The notes beneath the pieces are model-generated. The model saw only the letters and a list, made by a program, of their open reading frames with translations. It had not been told where the DNA came from and made no database searches. This document shows positions 59,801 to 64,000 of a stretch of 64,000 nt of DNA, one piece after another (position 1 is the stretch's first letter; the number at the start of each line of letters is the position of its first letter). The position numbers were made by a program, and so were the translations under genes. Source of the stretch: Thermincola ferriacetica (GTDB lineage Bacteria; Bacillota; Thermincolia; Thermincolales; UBA2595); assembly GCA_016841325.1 (NCBI GenBank), contig JAENZJ010000015.1:13655-77654 (forward strand), in the 5' to 3' direction.

Positions 59801-59877
59801 CAGTAAACCATTGCCAATATTACTGTACCCAGCAGTGTTGCAATGACCGAGGGAATTATCCAGTCCATATTTCCCAC
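56818..59877 (-). CDS. Membrane-anchored PAS-PAS-PAS-GGDEF-EAL c-di-GMP enzyme
   Basis: About 200-aa multi-TM N-terminus, three PAS/PAC repeats, intact GGDEF, EAL (GFEALIRW) and DDFGTGYSSL. Confidence 0.93.
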   Translation of the reverse strand: MGNMDWIIPSVIATLLGTVILAMVYWYLFVRYHERFMKIWAISWTFYLLRFFFELLVNSGTGESLFIAGQQVANLASGLLLMWGTYSFLGKQQPRWLLYVFMGDGLWIAAGLTMDIPWHILNLPTFLLLGFVYTWTGLIILRSRDLEGLGKMFAGWGFAAWGLHKLNYPFIGMIPGFAPWGYLIAAILEFFVAMGILLVYLEKMRAVLSSGEARFRRLAENAQDIIYRYRLVPNRGYEYVNPAAADITGYTPEEHYADPELLQKITHADDLDILKKLPVLTDEQGKTAIMRTFRKDGNIVWTEHHTVPFYDERGCLVGFEGIARDITRRRQAEEELRKSERRFREILENVRLLTVTLDRKGNITFCNDFLLELTGWRREEILGTCWFETFIPETTRNKLREGFLSLFAGNAGPDALHKVAVIQTKSGELRTVSWNSTLLRDVNEEIIGLSCFGEDITERIRAEEVLNRYQLLFEHASDIILFFRPDGKILEANTAAVNTYGYSREQLLAMNVSDLRAPQTKSLFAVQIDQVERKGLLYETIHQLRNGRTMPVEVSLQATELGNEKVLLGIIRDVTDRKKAEETINHLAYHDPLTDLPNRILFFDRLTVALANAKRNKQMLAMMFIDLDRFKMVNDMMGHAMGDQLLKKVGRQLQACVRSNDTVARIGGDEFTILLPDINREEDAAKVAQKIIGELKKPWHINGYEFQITVSVGIVLYPNDGEDAETLTKNADTAMYRAKEQGDNYQFYTPSMNIKNIRRMEIEVALRKAMENGELQIYYQPQVNIAKGLIVGFEALIRWNHPEKGVILPIEFINVAEDTGLVIPIGEWVLKTACAQNKAWQDAGYPPVRMAVNLSAYQFRQKNLVDMIVSILRETGLEPRWLELEITESTAMQDVEFSLIMMKRLRDMGIRIAMDDFGTGYSSLGYLRKFPLTTLKIDRSFVHDVLTDLEDAAIVATIIVMAQNLKLNVIIEGVENEEQLAFFEQQECYEMQGYLFSKPAPAAETEKLLQKMTAFQVSI

Positions 59878-60097
59878 CCTTACGGGCTCAGCCCTATTTG
59901 TCGATAATTGTCTGAAAAAGGGTAATATATGGTATAATACTACAATAATCAGAATAATTCCTGCAAAGGCTATTTTTATTTTTTACAGATTAAAAAATAG
60001 CTTAACCAAAAAGAGGGGCATCCCACTTATGGGACACCCCCTTTTTTAGCAAAAGCATTCACATTACTATTTTTTCTGTGATTTTGCCGGTAATGTC

Positions 60098-60409
60098 TTA
60101 ACAGCTTCCTGAGCAACTGCTGCAGCCACCCGCATCTTTTTCAGATACAACAAATCCTTTACCCATGTAATTGTCAACCCAGTCTATAACGAGGTTTTTG
60201 TACATGTCATCGTAATCCTTGCTGATTACGACCTTAAAACCATCATATTCAATGACTTCATCATTGTCTTTAGCTGACTTTTCCAAAGCCAGACCGAAAC
60301 TGGGGCCTCCTCAACCCATACCTGCAAACGCAATTCTAACCATTTCAGAATTGTTGGCATCCAGCACTTTTTTCATTTCTTCCTGTGCTGCATCTGTCAT
60401 AGTAATCAC
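60098..60409 (-). CDS. HesB/IscA-like protein with in-frame UGA (probable selenoprotein)
   Basis: MITMTDAAQEEMKKVLDANNSEMVRIAFAGMG-U-GGPSFGLALEKSAKDND...GGCSSCSGSC; UGA at 60313-60311 (codon 33); RBS AAAGGAG. Confidence 0.8.
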
Positions 60410-60500
60410 TACAAATCGCTCCTTTTTATATAGAAATTCACATGTAATACCCTATGTGGGTATTATATAAAATTATCGTTAGAAAGGCAACCCCTGACTA

Positions 60501-61991
60501 TTATTCATCATTCCACTCAAAATATACCCACTCATCATCATCATAGAAATAAAGGATCCTGTAGCTGACCCACCACCCTGATCCATAAGGTGATGCCGTG
60601 ATGCTTTCTTCCGGGAAACTTTCGGGATAGCTCTCAAAGATCCCCCTGAATAAAACCTCACCCAGGACATGTTTGTCGGGGTACACCTGTTCAGTGTAAT
60701 TTACAATATCTGTGAGCCACTCCTTGAAATCGTCTTCAGCCCCCTCTTCAAGTCCCATCAGGAGTTTTAGGTAATTTGCGTCATCCATGGTAAGCTGCAT
60801 CAGTACTGTGGTTGAATCGTCGGATTCAACTGCCCAGGCCCCATCAAAAGCTACGGTGTTGGAACCTACTGCTGCTGCTCCCATGTCCCGGAGCAACATG
60901 TCGGCAAATTCAGTATATGCTACAGCCGGCTCTGAAGTGTCACTTATGGGCATTTCCTGATAATCCCCGTCCCTGATGATGTCTTTTACTTCATCAATTG
61001 GTATCGCCAGGTTAAGGTTCTGCCCTCCGGCATACATGGCAGTAGTAATTCCGATAACCTCTCCCCTCATATTAAATAGGGCCCCCCCGCTGCTTCCAAC
61101 TGATATGGGAGCAGTTGTCTGGATATAATTGAAGCCGTCAACAGACCGGTTTAATGAACTGATAATTCCATCACTCACCGTATTTGTCAAGCCAACAGGG
61201 CTGCCTATGGCCACCACCTGCTCACCCAGTTTAAGGCCGGCCGATTCTCCCAAAACAACCGGTCTTAATACCTTCCGGGAAATTTTCATCAGGGCTACAT
61301 CCCGGTCGGGGTCGTACTCAACAACACCCAGCACTTCCAGACTCCGGCCATCCTCCAGCCATATCATGGCAGAGTATGCCCCATCAATTACATGGTAATT
61401 GGTTATTACCATGTCATCACTTACTGCGAAACCACTGCCGGTGGCCAATTCGTTTCCCGTATAATCAAACGTGGTTATCATGACCACACTTTTACTCTCT
61501 TCGGCTACCTCCTGGACAGTTTTGGCTCCGGTTACTTCTCCGTTACTGCCCGTTCCGGAAGAGGAATTTATGTAGATGGTCCTTGTCAGAGGTTCCCATT
61601 CCACTGCTGCCCCCACAGCCTCAGATACAAACCTCAGGGGAACAAAAGTTCTGTCATTGACAATTTTCGGCGGCACTTCCAGTAATATCTGCCGGCCATC
61701 AACATATGCTGTCCGGCTGCCGATTACCAGGATGATAACCGTATCACCCCTGTTGGCTGTAACCGCCTTTGTGTCCGGGTCCCACAGGATCTCTGCTCCC
61801 AGGTCCTCAAATATGCCTCTCATTGGAACAAGAGTGCGTCCCTCTTCAATAAACGGCTCCTGGTCGTAAACCCTCACCCTGCCGTCAAGAACAATAACAG
61901 GTGCATCCAAGGCATATGCTGCAGACGGAACAAATGCCGTTACAGTTAGTATTGCCATAATAATCAAAGCTGTCAGGTATCTTTTCTTCAC
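60501..61991 (-). CDS. Secreted trypsin-like (S1C/HtrA-like) serine protease with copper-amine-oxidase N-terminal (stalk) domain
   Basis: Signal peptide; GRTLVPMRGIFE and RTFVPLRFVSEAVG; catalytic triad TNYHV, DVAL, GSSGGAL. Confidence 0.88.
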   Translation of the reverse strand: MKKRYLTALIIMAILTVTAFVPSAAYALDAPVIVLDGRVRVYDQEPFIEEGRTLVPMRGIFEDLGAEILWDPDTKAVTANRGDTVIILVIGSRTAYVDGRQILLEVPPKIVNDRTFVPLRFVSEAVGAAVEWEPLTRTIYINSSSGTGSNGEVTGAKTVQEVAEESKSVVMITTFDYTGNELATGSGFAVSDDMVITNYHVIDGAYSAMIWLEDGRSLEVLGVVEYDPDRDVALMKISRKVLRPVVLGESAGLKLGEQVVAIGSPVGLTNTVSDGIISSLNRSVDGFNYIQTTAPISVGSSGGALFNMRGEVIGITTAMYAGGQNLNLAIPIDEVKDIIRDGDYQEMPISDTSEPAVAYTEFADMLLRDMGAAAVGSNTVAFDGAWAVESDDSTTVLMQLTMDDANYLKLLMGLEEGAEDDFKEWLTDIVNYTEQVYPDKHVLGEVLFRGIFESYPESFPEESITASPYGSGWWVSYRILYFYDDDEWVYFEWNDE

Positions 61992-62145
61992 TCTCTTTAA
62001 TCCCCCCGGCCAGACAGACAGTCTGCTGCCTGAATTTTAGTCAGTATTTACTAATTAGCCAATCACCGTAAAATTTCCTGCCAAACTCTGTTGTTTCTCC
62101 ACAATCCCGCATAATTATGTTACAATTACAACAGACTTTTCACCT

Positions 62146-62895
62146 TTGGGAAAGGAAGATAACATGAAAAAAGTAATTGAAGAACTGGTCAATGAAAAGG
62201 TGTCTGCCAGCAAAAAAAGCATATTCCGCCAACCCCTGACAGGTTATGGTGATGCGGCTGACCCTTTGTTTAAACAGCTAAAATCAGTAATCGGCCCGGA
62301 ACACCTGCTTCCATCCGAGATACTTCAGGGAGCAAGGTCCGTAGCTGCATTCTTTATTCCCTTTACAAAGGATCTTATCGTGGGCAACCGGCAGGGAGAG
62401 TATGCCTCCAGAGAATGGGCGGAAGCCTATGACTATACAAATAAACTTATTGACTCTATTTGTCGGGACTTAAGTCAGGCCCTGTCATCCCGGGGAGTTC
62501 GGATGGCCTGGCTGCTCCCTACTTATGATTTTAACCGGGAAAAACTTGTTGCCCAGTGGTCCCACAGGCATGCGGCTTACATCTGCGGTCTGGGCAGTTT
62601 CGGACACAACAATATGCTTATCACTGAAAAGGGCTGTGCCGGACGATTTGGCACTATAATACTCGATACTTACCTTGAATCAAGCTCCAGGCCTGAATTG
62701 CTGCATTCTTGCCACAGGGACACCGGTTGCCGTTATTGTATCGAGATATGCCCGGTTCAGGCCCTTGGGGAAACAGAATTTGACAGGCACAAATGTTACC
62801 ACAGACTGCTGGAAAACGACCGTCTGTATCCCGACCTGGACCTTACCGATGCCTGTGGTAAATGCGTTACCGGCCCCTGTGCTTTTTGCGGTTAA
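62146..62895 (+). CDS. Epoxyqueuosine reductase-like (QueG/reductive dehalogenase-fold) 4Fe-4S protein
   Basis: SHRHAAYICGLG, GHNNMLIT, CxxCxxxCP and CGKC motifs. Confidence 0.7.
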   Translation: MGKEDNMKKVIEELVNEKVSASKKSIFRQPLTGYGDAADPLFKQLKSVIGPEHLLPSEILQGARSVAAFFIPFTKDLIVGNRQGEYASREWAEAYDYTNKLIDSICRDLSQALSSRGVRMAWLLPTYDFNREKLVAQWSHRHAAYICGLGSFGHNNMLITEKGCAGRFGTIILDTYLESSSRPELLHSCHRDTGCRYCIEICPVQALGETEFDRHKCYHRLLENDRLYPDLDLTDACGKCVTGPCAFCG

Positions 62896-62901
62896 TCCTG
62901 A

Positions 62902-63831
62902 CTATTTTTCAACACCCTGCCCTACAGGTCCGGGCAGGCCATCCTGCCCGGCCGGACTGTCCTGTCTGGTATATTTTGTAAAGATATATAACCCAAGAAT
63001 AATTACAGCTCCGGAAACCAGCTGCTGCAGTGTTGGGTTTTCCCTCAGGAAAACCGCGGCCCATAAAATGGCACCCAACGGTTCCCCCAGTACGGCAACA
63101 GCCACCACTGATGCCTGGACATACTTAAGAGTCCAGTTAAAAACCGTATGCCCAAGTACCGTACAGACAAAAGCCAGGCCAAAAAACAGCGCCCATTCCC
63201 GCATCGGGTATGGATAGAACGGCGTGTCAGCCACTGCCGCAGTTAGTCCCAGAATAATACTGCTGCTCCCGTAAGCAAGGAAGGTATAGACCGGAAGGTC
63301 TACCCTTGACCTGATCCTTCTCCCGATTACAAGGTAGCCGGATACCGCAACAGCACCGGCAAGGGCCAGAATGTCCCCTAACAGGGCTTTTCCGCCTATT
63401 TCAAAATCTCCCACTCCGATCATGATACCTCCCAGTAAAGCTATCGCCCCTCCCAGGAGTGCTTTAAATCCGATTTTTTCCCTGAAAAAGATATAAGAAC
63501 CCACTACCACCCATATAGGCTGTGTTGTCACCAGTACCACCGAACTGGCAACACTGGTGTATTCCAGTGAAATAAACCATACAACAAAATGGACAGCAAG
63601 AAATGTACCGCTCAGACACGCCAGCAGACCATCCTTTAAGGTGATTTCCCGCAGTCCGGCAATCTTTTCTTTCCAGGCTATGGGAAGAAGAATCAGAAAA
63701 GTGATAAACAGCCTGTAAAAGGCGATGATAAAGGAATTTGCATCTGAAAGCTTAACAAATAGCGAGGAAAAAGAGACTGCGATAACTCCAAAAAAAACTG
63801 CCACATAAGGATTCACTTTTGCCTGTTCCAA
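62902..63831 (-). CDS. DMT/EamA family transporter
   Basis: About ten hydrophobic helices in two repeats; SLEYTSVASS, GHTVFNW, GEPLGA. Confidence 0.92.
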   Translation of the reverse strand: MEQAKVNPYVAVFFGVIAVSFSSLFVKLSDANSFIIAFYRLFITFLILLPIAWKEKIAGLREITLKDGLLACLSGTFLAVHFVVWFISLEYTSVASSVVLVTTQPIWVVVGSYIFFREKIGFKALLGGAIALLGGIMIGVGDFEIGGKALLGDILALAGAVAVSGYLVIGRRIRSRVDLPVYTFLAYGSSSIILGLTAAVADTPFYPYPMREWALFFGLAFVCTVLGHTVFNWTLKYVQASVVAVAVLGEPLGAILWAAVFLRENPTLQQLVSGAVIILGLYIFTKYTRQDSPAGQDGLPGPVGQGVEK

Positions 63832-64000
63832 TGCTGTACTCTCCTTTAATGTCCTGATTTACCCGTAAAATACTTAAGCAAAAATAATTCGCCCTGGGTA
63901 TTGTAATCTCCTCTTTTTAAAATTCTTAATCCACCATTGGTTTTATAATTAAATTTAATTAAAGGGAGGAGATTTTGGATAATTGTTGAATAAAAACTAA

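Noticed and set aside
60098-60409. HesB-like pseudogene with a nonsense mutation
   Set aside because: The only stop is UGA at the conserved Cys site with a downstream SECIS-like hairpin, so Sec recoding is more likely.
1-64000. CRISPR array, rRNA/tRNA genes, IS transposases, and the many antisense or overlapping ORFs in the track
   Set aside because: No repeat-spacer periodicity, tRNA cloverleaf or transposase motifs were seen by eye; the short opposite-strand ORFs are shadows of well-supported genes.

Overview
This is a core chromosomal segment of an anaerobic, spore-forming Firmicute. A Peptococcaceae/Thermincola-like identity is inferred from gene content and is not proven. Almost all genes are on the minus strand. 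In transcription order (right to left) the backbone is: xseA-xseB-ispA-PAP2-like gene-OLE RNA-oapA-dxs-tlyA-[3-gene insertion: MCP, pentaheme cytochrome c lipoprotein, divergent lipoprotein]-nadK-methyltransferase-argR-recN-spoIVB-spo0A-steA-steB-GT2-GT4-bkdR-like sigma54 activator-ptb-buk-2-oxoacid:ferredoxin oxidoreductase (4 subunits)-HTH-peptidase T-like-DUF3866-yqxK-like-hypothetical-spoIIM-adhE-xerD-deoB-punA-pdp-dacF-spoIIAA-spoIIAB-sigF-dodecin-spoVAC/D/Eb-[2-gene insertion]-spoVAEa/F-a three-gene ATP-dependent dehydratase-activase system-TRAP transporter dctP/dctQ. The main signals missed by the ORF track are: (1) an ~604-nt OLE RNA with its own sigmaA-like promoter upstream of oapA; (2) a complete MtrB (trp RNA-binding attenuation protein)-type attenuator (11 NAG repeats, antiterminator, terminator) in front of a tripartite TRAP transporter; (3) a HesB-like ORF read through an in-frame UGA (probable selenoprotein); (4) a 43-aa MciZ-like ORF. 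An MCP plus pentaheme cytochrome c cassette is inserted between tlyA and nadK. No CRISPR array, rRNA, tRNA or transposase was seen. All family assignments come from motif recognition and synteny; no database searches were run.
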